A DNA stretch of 64,000 nucleotides from Camelus dromedarius (taxonomy: Eukaryota). Below, piece by piece: positions 9,716 to 23,010 of this stretch. Below the pieces are notes generated by a model. The model was not told the origin of the DNA, did not search any database, and saw only the letters and a program-made list of their open reading frames with translations. The DNA lies in NCBI RefSeq assembly GCF_036321535.1, contig NC_087437.1, positions 108,254,001 to 108,318,000 of the forward strand. Direction: 5' to 3'. Both the position numbers and the translations under genes were made by a program. Each line of letters starts with the position of its first letter. The stretch's first letter is position 1.

Positions 9716-12379
9716 GACGTCATTGAACATTTCAGAGGAGATCTCATAACTGCAAAAAAGAAAAAAAGCTGATGGCTGGACCAATGCAATAGCATGGCTA
9801 GTTGTCTTTGGTAAGGGCTGTGTTCATCACCAGTTACATCACTAAGATACATCAGGCAATACAGAGTCTAGTCTTCTGATAGTTGATTTGTCTAAAGTAG
9901 AAATCCAGTCACTATATGGTTTGGTCTTAAATATCTATCCATCTAGAAAACAAATGAAAATCTATTACTAGTACTTACAGGTCAGATATGACTTGGAGCT
10001 ATTTCTTAAACACTCACTTATGGATCATATGAGTATAAATAATATGAAGTGATACCTCTGGAGCAGACACCCAAAGGCCACAAGATATTTCCCAAAGTGG
10101 ATGTGAGTATATGATGGAAGCAATATTTTGATCAATCTCAAATATTGTTTCCAAAACATTTCTCAAATCTGTCCTTCATTTCTGCTCATGCTGCCACTTC
10201 CCTGGTTTAGATCTTATTTAGCCCTCTTTTGATCTAATTCAGTCACTTATTATAAGTTGGCGAAACACCTTCAAGACCCAGCAACGTTGGCAGAAAGAAC
10301 TAGTGGCTGAGGGACCAGCGACAGGCAGCCCTCCCTTGGACAAATGCCAGCCCACAAGGACAGTCCTTCGCCTTCACTTTGAGCTTTGAGAAGGAAGTTT
10401 CTGAGAGTTAAGGTTGTTGGGACACATCTTTATTAAACTAGCTATACTCAGAGTCTCCAAAAAACCTAAAATATTAGAAATAGGTGAACTCGGCAGTATT
10501 TAACCTCATTAAATCTGAGTTTTCTTATCTGGAGGGTCAATATGACAGTATGGGCCTGGCCTGCTCTCTGTACCTCTCTGTGTTCCAGTTTCTTGTAGTA
10601 AAAAGAGGAAAAGGAAGTTTAAAACTCAAGTTAACCAACAGAGATGGTGCATGGGATTTATATTCACTTTCAAGTCAGGGTTTTGTGACGTTAATTTTAG
10701 CCATTCAGACCCGCTTAGGAACTATTTAGTCCTAGTTCCAATTTCTGACAATGCTCAAGAAGAGAAAAGTTGTCAGACCTCTGAGCCCCAGATAAGTGTG
10801 ATTGATGCTCTAAACTGCGCTGTGATCTGCAGAGAAAATCAGTTACACTTCTGTGCAGCACATTCAGGGTCCTCACTTGATCACAGGCCTCTAACATCAA
10901 TGAGAATTAGCGTTCAGATATTTCCTGTTTAACTTATATGGGGGGTGTATTTATCTTTTGGGGTTTTTTTAATAACAACATAACTGTTAAAGCTTCTTAG
11001 CAAATTCCTTTGGTGTGCATTCTTCTAAAAGTAAATCATTTTAAGCTTAATTGACATCAGACCAGTTTCACTACAACAAGAGCTTCCTTTCGGTTGGAAT
11101 TGAAAGGGAAGGCATCTCCTTATCAGTTATTTCCAATCCAAGTCTCTGCTCCTCACCCCACTTAGCTTGCCTACCTTCTGCTGTTCTCATCCAAGCAGGA
11201 AACGTCCTTAACAAAAGCAGGAACAATTTAGAAATCAGACAGACTGACCCAGTAGCTGAGAAATTGTAAAGTAAATCCTCACTGGAGTTCGTTTTGGGAC
11301 TTGATTTTTCATCATGGGCTAGAAAGGGTGTTTACCCCTTCAGAGCCACCATAGCTGTCTCTCTGAAGAAAGATAAACTGTGCTCAGGACTCAAAGATGA
11401 GATAACATGACTGGTTGTGAACAGAAGGCTAGAAGCTCTGGCAGGTTCGCTGCACAATCCCTTAGATAAATTCAAAGGGATTACCTTAGGCTTGCTGTGT
11501 GATCGGCACAAAAGTCCATCAGCCGAGTGGAACGACCCAGTGCTAGCCACTGCTAGGCACTGTGAATAGTGGCCTTCTGACCTGACACACGGGCAGTCCA
11601 GGAGACAGAAGGAATGCTCTAGGCAAATTACCTACAATAACTTATTTAGGGGTGTGTCTAATTTTGGATATTTTTTTTCCGCATTTATTTACTTGGCAAG
11701 TCTTTGAATTCCAGAAACGCAGAAGTCAGCCAGTCTGCCAGCCCGATGGGCTTGATGGATTGTCTGTCTACTGTACACTCTCTGGACATCAGCACTTTTG
11801 GGGAGCTTAGGCAGAAGATAAGAAAGATCTAGATTTAGTAGTCATTGTTGCATTGTTACATGAGCCAGTGGTACCAGCCTCTAAAGCTATAAATAGTAAA
11901 GGAACTGAGGCCAGAGAGCCAGGGTGAAGGGTTGTCTGGGCTGGAGCTATTTGTGCACTGGAATAAATCACTTGGAAACAGGTCAAGGTGAAGTCAGAGT
12001 GCCTGAAACCATTGTGTGCACCTTATCAAAAAGAGGTTTTCCTTTTCCATCTGTCAGTCAGCCTCCGCATGAAAACCAGAGACAGAAATACCACCCTGCC
12101 AACAGCTTCTGTTGGCTAAGACTGAGGCTTTCCTCCTCGTCTATAATTCTAGAATATCAAATGTAAAACAGTGATGCTTGGCTAATGGTATTTTGGCAGG
12201 GTGGACATTTGATTGGATATTTCAAGCATTCCTCTTTGTTCTGTACCCATTTTGGCTTTGCAGGAGATTTTTATGGAAAAATGTCATATTTTTGTTAATG
12301 TCGTTATAATTCCTTTTTGCCTAGAATTGTAATCAGATCTCAATGTGAAGAAGACTCATACTATAAATAGAGGAAAAAG

Positions 12380-13070
12380 AAAAGAAAAAAATGGGTTCTT
12401 ACATAACATCACACACTAGTGTGGTCTCCAGATTAATTAAAGACTTTAATGAAAATGGTAAAACAGTACAGTTTATAGCAAAAAAAAAAATCCTAGAATA
12501 TCTGTGGCAGGGTCCAGAAAAGATAGCTTTAAAAAATACGAAAAACATAAATATAAAGAAAAATTATCATTTTTATGACATCAAAATAAAGATTACTAGT
12601 CAATGAATCACAGCATAAACAAAGAGGAAGATGGCAAAAAGGTAGAAGATATTTGAAATTTCTAAAATATTATAGAATAGATTTCTATAAATCAACAAAG
12701 AAATAGATAAAGATGCCCCAGGGAAAAGAAAAAAGCCAAACTCATGAACAGATGATTTTTAGAAGAAACCAGAAAAGCACATAAATATTTAAAGCACATA
12801 TTTAAAATCATTAGATCATTAGTGATTATTAGTGTCATAGTAATGAGACAATATAAATGAAAACAAGATTTTACTTTGCCCCTTTTAGACGAAGACTAGA
12901 TAATGCCATGTGAGAATTCAGGGATCTGGGACCCTGGTGAACAGTGTCATTTGGAGAGCAAATCTCTCAACAGATAACACAGAATGAAAAGGTTACAACC
13001 TGTGTAATCCTAATTTTGTTACTGGATATGTGGCTCAAAGATATTCTCTCACAGGTCCATAGGGGTAAAG
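12380..13070 (+). mobile_element. Old L1 (L1M) ORF2 3' fragment
   Basis: Degenerate A-rich similarity (cttacataacatcacacac, attaaagactttaatgaaaatggtaaaac, gtagaagatatttgaaat). Confidence 0.55.
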
Positions 13071-15667
13071 TCAAGTATGTTAACTATCAAATACTTTAAA
13101 AATGCAGTGATGCACAAAGCATACTATAACAAACAGACACACCCACACCATCTAGAATTACCAATGGTGACATCTTCAATTATTTTTTTAGGAATTAAAA
13201 TCCTGTAGATAGTACCAAATTTCTCATTCATCACCATAACTTTCCATCTCCTGTCTTTGCTCTACATACGTCAAAGACATCAGTACCACGATTTTGCTCT
13301 GCATCCCTGCAGTTCATTTTGTGTATTTAGACTTACATAGACATTACACATACTCAGTATCTAATATACATCATTTTCAACAGGTAAAGTTTCTTGAAAA
13401 TATGCATAAATGTCATCAAAATACAGTAGCATTCTAATCTTTACTATTTTCACTTAATTTTTCAACTTTATTAATAATTATATGGATATTATATTGTAAT
13501 TTATATAGATGTTATGAAAATATATAAAATGAATACAGTAAAATGTATATCACCCTCCTATTTCTGAACCCCCATCACTAAGTTTTTTTCCCTGAATCTC
13601 TGATTTAGCTACCATTATCAATTTTGGAGACACTCTCCATAGAAACATATATGTATACAAGACCTCCCTTTTATGCCAAATGTATCTTAAAGTTTAGAAT
13701 CAGTTCATTGACCATTAGTAGTTATTTATCACCCAAAATGACTTGCTTTTTGCTTTATTTCTTTAATCCCCCTTTTCAAGCTAATTTGTTTATGTATATA
13801 TAGCAAGAGCACTGAATTTATTTTTTGATTTTATTATTTGTTTTAACCTTTCTCGGGCTCAGAAATGTTTTATAAATAATTTTGCATATATGTTCTACAA
13901 TACCCTTTTCAAAGGCTCATAACTGACCCACTCTACACTTTGTTCTTCCATTCAAAGATCACTTTTTAACATTACATTTGAAGTTAATGTTGCAAATTCA
14001 TTTTTCCTTGAGAGAACTTTTCCTTACATTTATACTTTCCCAAAATTTTTCATATGTTCCATTAATCAAAGAAGGAAGTATATGGCATTTTTTTTTTTTA
14101 CTTCATAAGTAAAATCCAGACATCATGATATTCTCAACCGTTAAGTCATCTTACACAAAAGCTTCCCATATGCTTCATATGGCCGTGGATTGGGACCATG
14201 TCCAGGTAGACGGTGAAGTCAGTGGGGTGTCAGGGAGTCCTGGGAAGCTGTTAGCTGGAGATTGTAGTATCAGGAGGGAACCTGCACATTGGCTGCCCTG
14301 CACTTCCTTGTAGTTCATTATATTCCCCTACTGTCTTAAGCCTATAATCAAGAAGGAGGGCCACTGTTATATCCTGCATAAAAATTTAGACTATTAATTT
14401 TAGTGCACTCTTGCCTGACAAGAATGTGTTCTTTTTTTTTTTAATTTGGGGAGAGAGATTGTTTCCAGTATCTTTGAAAATCTTTATGGAGTTACTCAAA
14501 CTAGATTCCCCACCCTCACCCTGAGGATGAAGAGTCAACCAGATTGCTCATGTTGGTTGCCAGAATGAAGGGTGATAACATCAGTGTGGACCCCAGTCCT
14601 CATCCTGTTTCCTACCTCCATCTCCAGCAAGCCTTCCAGTGCCTTTAGATTGACCTCATGTTTCTAACAGGTGAACCCACTAGGCCAGCTGTCATTTGCA
14701 GTCTCCAGGATGGAATTGGTCCCTGCCTTTATAGCTTCTTGCCTGGGACTGCAATGGATTTTCATTATCTGTGGTCCCCTTTTGTTCACCTTTTGGATCT
14801 AGACTGATGACTGAATTCTTTTCTCACACATCTCATTCCTTAGTGATAGGATAGCTTATTTAAGTTGTTTATCTCTCAGTTCTGTTCCTGCCAATCTCTT
14901 GATTTTTATCCTGGCTTTTTCATCTTTGGGGAATTTTTGTAGGATTTAGGTGCCTGCCTGCTATAATTTCAGAATTTTTCTAAGTTCCAGTTTTATTTGC
15001 TAGCGTTGTTTAACCCAAAAACGTCTTCAGTTAATGTTGAGTGCAATTACTCACTTGGTCCTCATCCTCCAACTTCTGCCTTTACAAAAGGGTGTTCTTT
15101 CAGGCCTGATTCATTATCATGAGACCCTGGCACCTTTTGTCTGACATCTGCTTCCTCCTCCCATCAGCACTCTGCCTCTCCATACTGACTCCTGAGTTAG
15201 CACTGACAGTGCTATTTCCCAGGAAGTCTCTGCTGGATCCACTTCATTTCTTTCTAAGGCTCATTCACACCACGCTGTGTCTCAACTCGAGTTACTCTGA
15301 TACCATATCTGGGAAGATGTATCTCAGAATGAGTAGCAAATAGACTCTGCTTCCTATTTTTCTTCAAGAAGCCAAATTCTAAAATTTGATCATCTATAGG
15401 AATAAAATACCTTTCATTTTTTTCTCCATGATATAAGGAGACAAAGAAGGAAATTAAGAAGAAAAAAAAAAAGTAAAATTGCAGTCACGTCTCTACCTGT
15501 TATGAGTTGAATCACTGCCCACCCCCAAAAAAAGGTATGTTGGTGTCCACATCCCCAATACCTTAGAATGTGGCCTTATTTGGAAATAGAGTTTTTGCAG
15601 ATGTAATTAGTTAAGTTAAAAATGAAGTCAGCCTGGAGCAGGATTCATTGCTAATCCAGTGTCATAG

Positions 15668-15830
15668 TTTTTTTATTTGCTTGTTTTGTTTTTTTCAGAG
15701 TTATTTATTTACTTTTTTTAGTTGAAGTATAGTCAGTTTACAATATTGTGTCAATTTCTGGTGTATAGCATTATGTTTCAGTCATACATATACGTACATA
15801 TATTCCTTCTCATATTCTTTTTCATTTTCA
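15668..15830 (-). mobile_element. Short young L1 3' end
   Basis: T-rich tail, then gttgaagtatagtcagtttacaatattgtgtcaatttctggtgtatagc. Confidence 0.85.
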
Positions 15831-15957
15831 TTTATAAGGATGACCATGTGAAGACAAACACAGATAGAATGCCAGGCGAAGATGGGGGCACAGATCGGAG
15901 TAGACAAGCCAAGGATAGCCAAGTATTGCTGGCTGTCCCCAGAAGCTAGGAGAGAAG

Positions 15958-16394
15958 TGTTAAGATTAAATATAAAATGGAAACCAGACTTGAGATTCCC
16001 CGGAGCAGACAAAACCATTTAAGCCATGTAAGCAAAACCAGATCTAGCTTTTTTCATGAACGTAAGCGAAACTTAAGTCATTGTTTGTAAATGACTCTGA
16101 CAATCACAAAAGAAACTTACATCATCTTCCTAAAATTGGTGTGAGTTGATCACCCTTAACCAGTCCTTTGCCATCTAGAAACCCCTCTTGTAATAACCAA
16201 TCCTTGTGAAGGGTAATGACTTCCTCATTTTTACTTTGCAAGCCATCCTGTAACTCCATGCCCCTGAACTTCACATCTGTCTTTGAATTTGGAAGTTCCC
16301 ATTCATGAACTGCTTTTATATGCACAGTAAACTCTTATTAAGTACTATTTATTAATTTGATGGTTTAAAATTTGCTATTTCTGAATTTTTGACA
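15958..16394 (+). mobile_element. ERV1-class solo LTR (437 bp)
   Basis: TG...CA termini with perfect 4-bp TSD GAAG (15954-57 / 16395-98). AGTAAA polyA-like signal near 16326. Confidence 0.8.
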
Positions 16395-18209
16395 GAAGCA
16401 TGGAACAAATTCTCCCTCAGAGCTCTCAGAAGGAACCAAATCTACTGCCATATTGACATTGGACTTCCTGGCCTTCAGAAATATGAGACAATAAATTTCT
16501 GTTGGTTAAGCTACCCAGTCTGGGTCATTGTTATGGCAGCCACAGAAAACTGATACACCAGTTATGTTGATGTAAGAAACAAAGTAAGTGGAGATACTGC
16601 TACTGGATTAATAGATTATCCATGATTTACATGGAGAGTAACACTGTTAACAACATGAAGGTTAAGTTCTAATTTGCATAGAAATATATCTTGTTCCTTG
16701 TGGTCCTGTTCCAAGAGAATGCCATCACTTAGAAAGATTAAGTATTTTTCTTTTCCACAAAACATATTTTTTTCACATCATAAAATGAACATCATTAAAG
16801 AATAAACTTTCCCAGTAATGTATTTGGTTTCATATAACAGTAAAATATGCAGTACAGGAAAGAATGTGTTTTATCATGGCTACAAAATCAGCTTTTTGAA
16901 TAGAATTTGTAACATAATTCGTTTGTCAGTTGTAAGGAAAATTAAATAAAATGCTGAATCAATTCGTAGTTCAGATGTTTCAATCTTTTAAATGTACTGA
17001 TGGAGAAGATAGATAGATGTATATATACACACACATAATTTTTGAGTTATTTGTTTCCACACACATTTCTAGCTGTAACATATGTAAGATAGTGTTTGAC
17101 TTTTGAAAAATATGAACATATAAATAATACTGATTCTCTCCTTAGTCTGAATTGATCCTCAAAACTTTCTTTTTAATTGTGATCTTATTGCAGGATTAAA
17201 AAAGAAATCCGTGACTTCTCTACTTGCATAGAATTGTGTGATAATTGTTCATTTCTCCTTTCTTGCCTTCTGTTCTGAGACTGGGTCCTTAGTAAAAGGA
17301 GTACAATAGCTACATTCCTTGAAGACTATGTGCTAGTCACTGTGCTAAGGCTTAATCATTGTCACATTAAACAGCAAATTCAAAAGGTCTGAATGGCCTT
17401 GGTATCAGTTGTTCCAAGGATTTACTTATAGTTACCAGGTCACCATTTCCATTCAATATTGAATTGGAGGCCACTTCAAACAACATGATTGATACCAGAT
17501 TAAATTTTTTTTTAATATCCCAATGTGTTTTTAAGATGGTGGAGAATACCAGACAGTTTGTTATTCCAAAGGTAGTGTTTGTCTTGCTTTACAGACATAG
17601 CTTGAGTTTAGTACACTGACTGTGAGACTTGGAATCCTCCTTCTGACCACTAAACTCATTTTGCAAAGTGCAGTTGCCAATAGCTGGCAGTAGTATATTT
17701 TTGAATTGATACTCAAAAACATTTGTCAACTTGGGCCCAAAATCATTAAATGGAAGAAACATGTTTACTCATTTTCCTCTTTTTCAGAAGAACTTGAAGA
17801 ATTCTTCATATGATGACAACAGGAAATTAAATAAAGTCCAAATCACATTTTTGTTTTCTGGGTTTTTTCAATATTTGGAAATGCTCACTTATATTATTCA
17901 GATTCATTTCCTAATTCTGAAATTGACATAGATTCTAAGGAACAAAATATCCTACTTTTCACTGCACAAGTACACGCAAATACACAGCAATAACAACAAA
18001 AAATCATCTATTCTAATTTGGCCATAAGTGAATTATATATATTGGAACTAGACAGATATTGATGGTCAGAACTGGATCTAGACGGCTTAAATTATATACA
18101 ATTATAAAACCTTTTTTAGCAATTTTTCTTCTCAGACTTTATCAGTATTTTCTGAGTTTAATTGCTTCCCATTACCTATTTGTTTCACCTATGTTAATAC
18201 TGTTTTTCC

Positions 18210-21200
18210 AGGTCACCAAGACAGCAACAAAGGAGACTCCTAAATACTCCTTCTCCAATTACTCACAAAATATACAGCCACATGCAAAGAAATTCCCTCT
18301 GTGAGAAATCAAAAAACTATTTGAGTGACTCTGACACACGGGGTGACAGAAAATATCTGCATCGAAATAGGTCAGTAGTATTGAGACCCTCTCACCATAA
18401 CCCCACCCTCCACACAGTGCCATACAGTCAGGAGGAAACCGCTAACTCCCAGCTTCTCTGTGAGAAGTAAAGGGATGGACCAAACCTTTTGCACCTCAAC
18501 TTTTAAGGCTGACACCTGTGAGACAGGCCCCCAAATCACCTAACTCAGAAAGCCAACAGCGCTTGTGTTCATGAGTCCCAGGACACTACAGCAAATAAGG
18601 AAGCGATTGTAAATAGGCACAAGAGCACTCACTATGGCTATACCTCCCAGGCCCAGTGCAGAGAGAGTAGGTAAAAATACCTGTATCCCAGTCTTTCTCC
18701 AGAAAGGATTTGACTGCATATTTTATAAGCTGATGCCTGAGGGTCCAGCTTCTAATTAGCATGAATCTAGGTGCTGACTGTAATCTTCCCTGGAGCCCAA
18801 AAGAGTCACTAGGCACTTTCTCCTACTTCTGTCAGTGGCTTACTCCAGTGAAACCAAGTCACCAGCATATCCCTGAACGGAGGTTGTTCACACATCCAGC
18901 ACATCAGCTGCTATGGTGACCTCCCAAGGGGCTGGCTCCCAAATCAACTAGTTCTGGGAACTAATGGCTGCTCAGCATTCATGAGTCCCCCAGGGATCAC
19001 ACAGAACAAAGAGGTTCTATCTGGGCACACAGGTACTCATAGTGATTATTCCCTCTGACTCAAGACAAAGCAAAAATACCCAATCTCAATTTCTCTTTGG
19101 TAGGGGATAATCTGTATATCTAACATTCTGATGTTCCCAGCTGCTGCATCAAATGTACATATAGACTGAAGTGAAGGGATGGAAAGAGATATTCCATGCA
19201 AATAAGAATCAAAAGAGAGAAGAGGTAGTTATAATGATGTCCAACAAAAGAGATGTTAAGCCAAAGACTGTAACAGGAGACAAAGAAAGTCATTATATGG
19301 TGATAATAGCATCACTTAATCAGGAGGATATAACAATTGTAAATATTTAATGCACTTAGCACTGAAGCACCTAAACACAGAAAGCCAATATTAATAGATA
19401 TGAAGAGAGAAATGGAGAGCAAACAACATAGGTAAGTAAATACTCCACTTAGAATGGATTGACCATCCACACAGAAAATAAATATGGAAACATTGGATTT
19501 AAAGGCATGTTAGACCAGATGAACCTAACTGAAAAATACAAAACACCCCATCCAGCAGCAGCAGGATAAGCATTCTTCTCAAGCATACAAGAAATAGGCT
19601 CCAGGATAAATCATGTGTTAGGCTACAAAACAAGTCTTGATAGATGTGAGAAGACTAAAATCATATCAAGCATCTTTTCCAACAAAAATGATAGTAAATC
19701 TAGAAATCAATTACAGGAAGAAAACTAGAAAATTCCCATGTATGTGGAGAATAAACAACATGCTCATAAACAAACAATAGTTCAAAGAAGAAATCAAATG
19801 GAAAATCAAAAAAATCTTGAAACAAATGAAAAAGGAAGCACAACAAACCAAAGTTTATGGGTTACAGCAAAAGAGGAAAGTTTATAGCAATAATGACCTA
19901 TATTAAAGAAAAAATTCAATGAAACTTTACAATTCAATGAACAAGAAGATGAAGAACAAACAAAATCCAAAGTTAACAGAAGGAAGGCAATAATAAAAGT
20001 CAGAGCAGAAATAAGTAAAATAGGGATTATAAACACAATATAAAGATCAATAAATATAAGAACTGTTTTAAAAAATAAACTTGAGAAACTTTTGCTAGAT
20101 TAACTAAGGAGAAAAGAAAGTAATAAAAATCAGAAATGAAAAAGGAGACATTAAAACTGATAACAGAGAAATGCTATGGATCATAAGAAATTACTATGAA
20201 CAATTAGATGCTACTAAATTTGATAACTTAAAAGAAATGAATCTAGAAACATACAACTCACCAAGACTGAATCATAAAGAAATAAAAAATCTGTACAGAC
20301 CAACTACTAGTGAGGAGATTGAATCAGTAATCAAAAACTTCCGAACAAAGAAAAGCCCAGGGCCAGATGGCTTCACTGGTGAATTCTAACAAATATTTGA
20401 AGAAGAAATAATACCAATCCTTCTCAAGCTCTTCCAAAAACATTGAAGAAGAGGGAATATTTCCAAAATAATTTTACAAAGCCAGCATTACCCTAATACC
20501 AAAGCCTGCCAAGGACACTACAAGAACAGGAAATTACAGGTCAATATCTCTGATAAGCATAGATGCAAAAAATCCTCAGCAAAATACTACCAAACCTAAT
20601 TAACAGTACCTGAAAAGAATCATGCACTATGATCAAGCAGAATTTATTCCAGGGATGCATATAATTTTAACATATGCAGATCAATCAATGTGATATACCA
20701 CATTAACAAAATGAAGGATAAAATTCATATATCACCTCAATAGATGCAGAAAAGCAGTTGACAAAATTCAACATCTCTTCATGATAAAAACTCTCAACAA
20801 ACTGTGTATAGATGGAACGTACCTCAACATAATAAAGGCCATATATGACAAACCCACAGCTAACAACATACTCAGTGCTAAAAACTGAAAAATTTTTCTT
20901 CTAAGATTGGGAAAAAAACAAGGATGCTCATTCTTACCAATTTTATTCAACATGGTACTGGCAGTCTTAACCAGAGTGTAGTTAGGCAAGAAAAATAACT
21001 AAAAGACATCCGAATTAGAAAGAAAGAAAGAAAATTGTCTCTGCAGATAGAGTGATTTATATATGTATATACATAGAAAACCCTAAAGACGCCACAAAAA
21101 GTGAAATGAATTTATAAAGTTGCATTACACAAAATAAATATAAAAAATCAGTTGTGTTTCTATCCATTAAGAATAAACTATCAGAAAGAGGCATTAAGAA

Positions 21201-22760
21201 AACAATCTTATATATGATAGCATCAAAAGGAGAAACATACTTAGAAACAAATTTAACCAAAGAGGTGAAAGATCTGTACATTGAACTTTATAAACCATTG
21301 ATGAAAGAAATTGAAGACAAAAATAACTGGAAAGATATTTGTATGTTCATGGATTGGAAATATTAATATTGTTAAAATGTCCATATTATCCAAAGTGATA
21401 AAGAGTCAATGCAGTCCCTATCAAAATGCCTATGACATTTTTCACAGAAATAGAAAAAAAAAATCCTAAAAGTCATAAGGAACTATAAATGACCTTGAAT
21501 AGTCAAAGAAATCTTGGGAAAGAACAATAAAACTAGAGGTGTCACACTACCATTTCAAACTATATTACAAAGCTGTAGTAATCAAAACAGTATGGTATTG
21601 GTATTTTTAAAAAAATCATCAATAGAACAGAATAGAGGGTGCAGAAATAAACCCACATATAAGGTTAATTAATTTTCAGTAAATGAGCCAAGAATGTTAA
21701 TATTCCAAAATATTCAACAAACTCATGCAACTCAATTGCAAAAGAACAAATAACCCAATTAAAAAATGGGCAAAGGACCTGAAAACACATTTTTCCAGTG
21801 AAGACATACAATTAGCCAACAGGTTGATGAAAAGGTGCTCAACACTACTTATCAATAGAGAAATGCAAAACAAAATCACAATGTGAGATCACCACACATC
21901 TGTTAGAATGACTATTGTAAAAAGACAGGAGGTAACAAATGCTGGCAAGGACGTTGAGAAAAAGGAACCCTTTTGCATTGTTGGTGGAATGTAAGCTGTT
22001 GCAGTGACTATGGAAAACAGTATGGAGATTCCTCAAGAAATTAAAATAGAATTATCATATGATCCAGCAATTCCTCCTCTGGTTATATATTCAAAGGAAA
22101 TGAAATACTGAAATTATATCTACACCTCCATGTTCATTGCAACATTATTCACAACAGCTAATATATGGAAACAACCTAAGTGTCGGTCAAAGGATGGATG
22201 GATAAAGAAAACATGGTATCTATAGACATTATATATAATATGTATATATGCATATATTTGCAGATGAACAATATCTATATACATACACAATGGAATATTA
22301 TTCCATCTTTCAAAAGAAGGAAATCCTGACATTTGCAACAACATTGATGAAACTGGAAAGCATTATGCTAAGTGAGATAAACCAGACAGAAAAAGGCAAA
22401 TTCTGCATGGTGTCACTTATATGTGAAACCTAAAAACTAAAATTAAAGCTAGGTGTTGGGGGAAGCAAGGAGAGGTTGGTAAAAAGGCACAAACATTCAA
22501 TTATAAGATTAAGTTATGAGGAGCTAATGTACAACATCATGACTATAGTTGATAATATTGTATAGTGAAATTTGCTAAGAGAGTAAAACTTAAGTGGTCT
22601 CACACACAAAAAGGTAAATATACAAAATGAGGGACATGTTAATTAACTCAATGGTGGAAATCCTTTCACAATGTATACGTACATCAAATCATCATGTATA
22701 TACTCTAACTATATTACAATTTTGTCAATTATACGTAAGTAAAGCTGAAAAAAGAAAAAG
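18210..22760 (+). mobile_element. Old L1 (L1MA-like): 5'UTR joined to degraded ORF2 + 3'UTR, ORF1 missing
   Basis: ORF2 motifs (KKSPGPDGFTGEF at 20350-20389; RT region ...tcaatagatgcagaaaa...). L1MA-type 3'UTR ending taaagctgaaaaaagaaaaag. Many stops and frameshifts. Confidence 0.92.
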
Positions 22761-22829
22761 TAGCTTTCCAATTATTTTAAAGTCTTAATGGGGTGAGTTA
22801 TCTTAGGCACTGATAGAATTCAGACATTT

Positions 22830-23010
22830 GTAGAATGCTTTAATGATTTTAGATGCAATTATATTTAGTTCTCAAACAACCCTGTCTCTACTTGACCAAT
22901 GAAGAAATTGAGAAATGTTAAATTATTTGTAATAGTCACACAGCTGATAAATGATAGACTTGGAACATGGATTTAATTTTTATTCTGTATGCTATACTCT
23001 CTGCATCCCC
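22830..23010 (-). mobile_element. MIR fragment
   Basis: atttagttctcaaacaaccctg...aatgaagaaattgag...gtcacacagctgataaatg. Confidence 0.5.

Larger units (their letters stand above)
15498..16557 (+). mobile_element. MaLR solo LTR (MLT1B/C-like) interrupted by an L1 tail and an ERV1 LTR
   Basis: Starts TGTTATGAGTTGAAT; ccttatttggaaatagagtttttgcagatgtaattag; ends ...gaaaactgataca. Confidence 0.85.

Noticed and set aside
20171..22433. ORFs with L1 ORF2-like peptides
   Set aside because: Short, frameshifted fragments of a dead L1, not host genes. The same applies to the ORFs at 8832-9539, 51448-51806 and 62538-63074.
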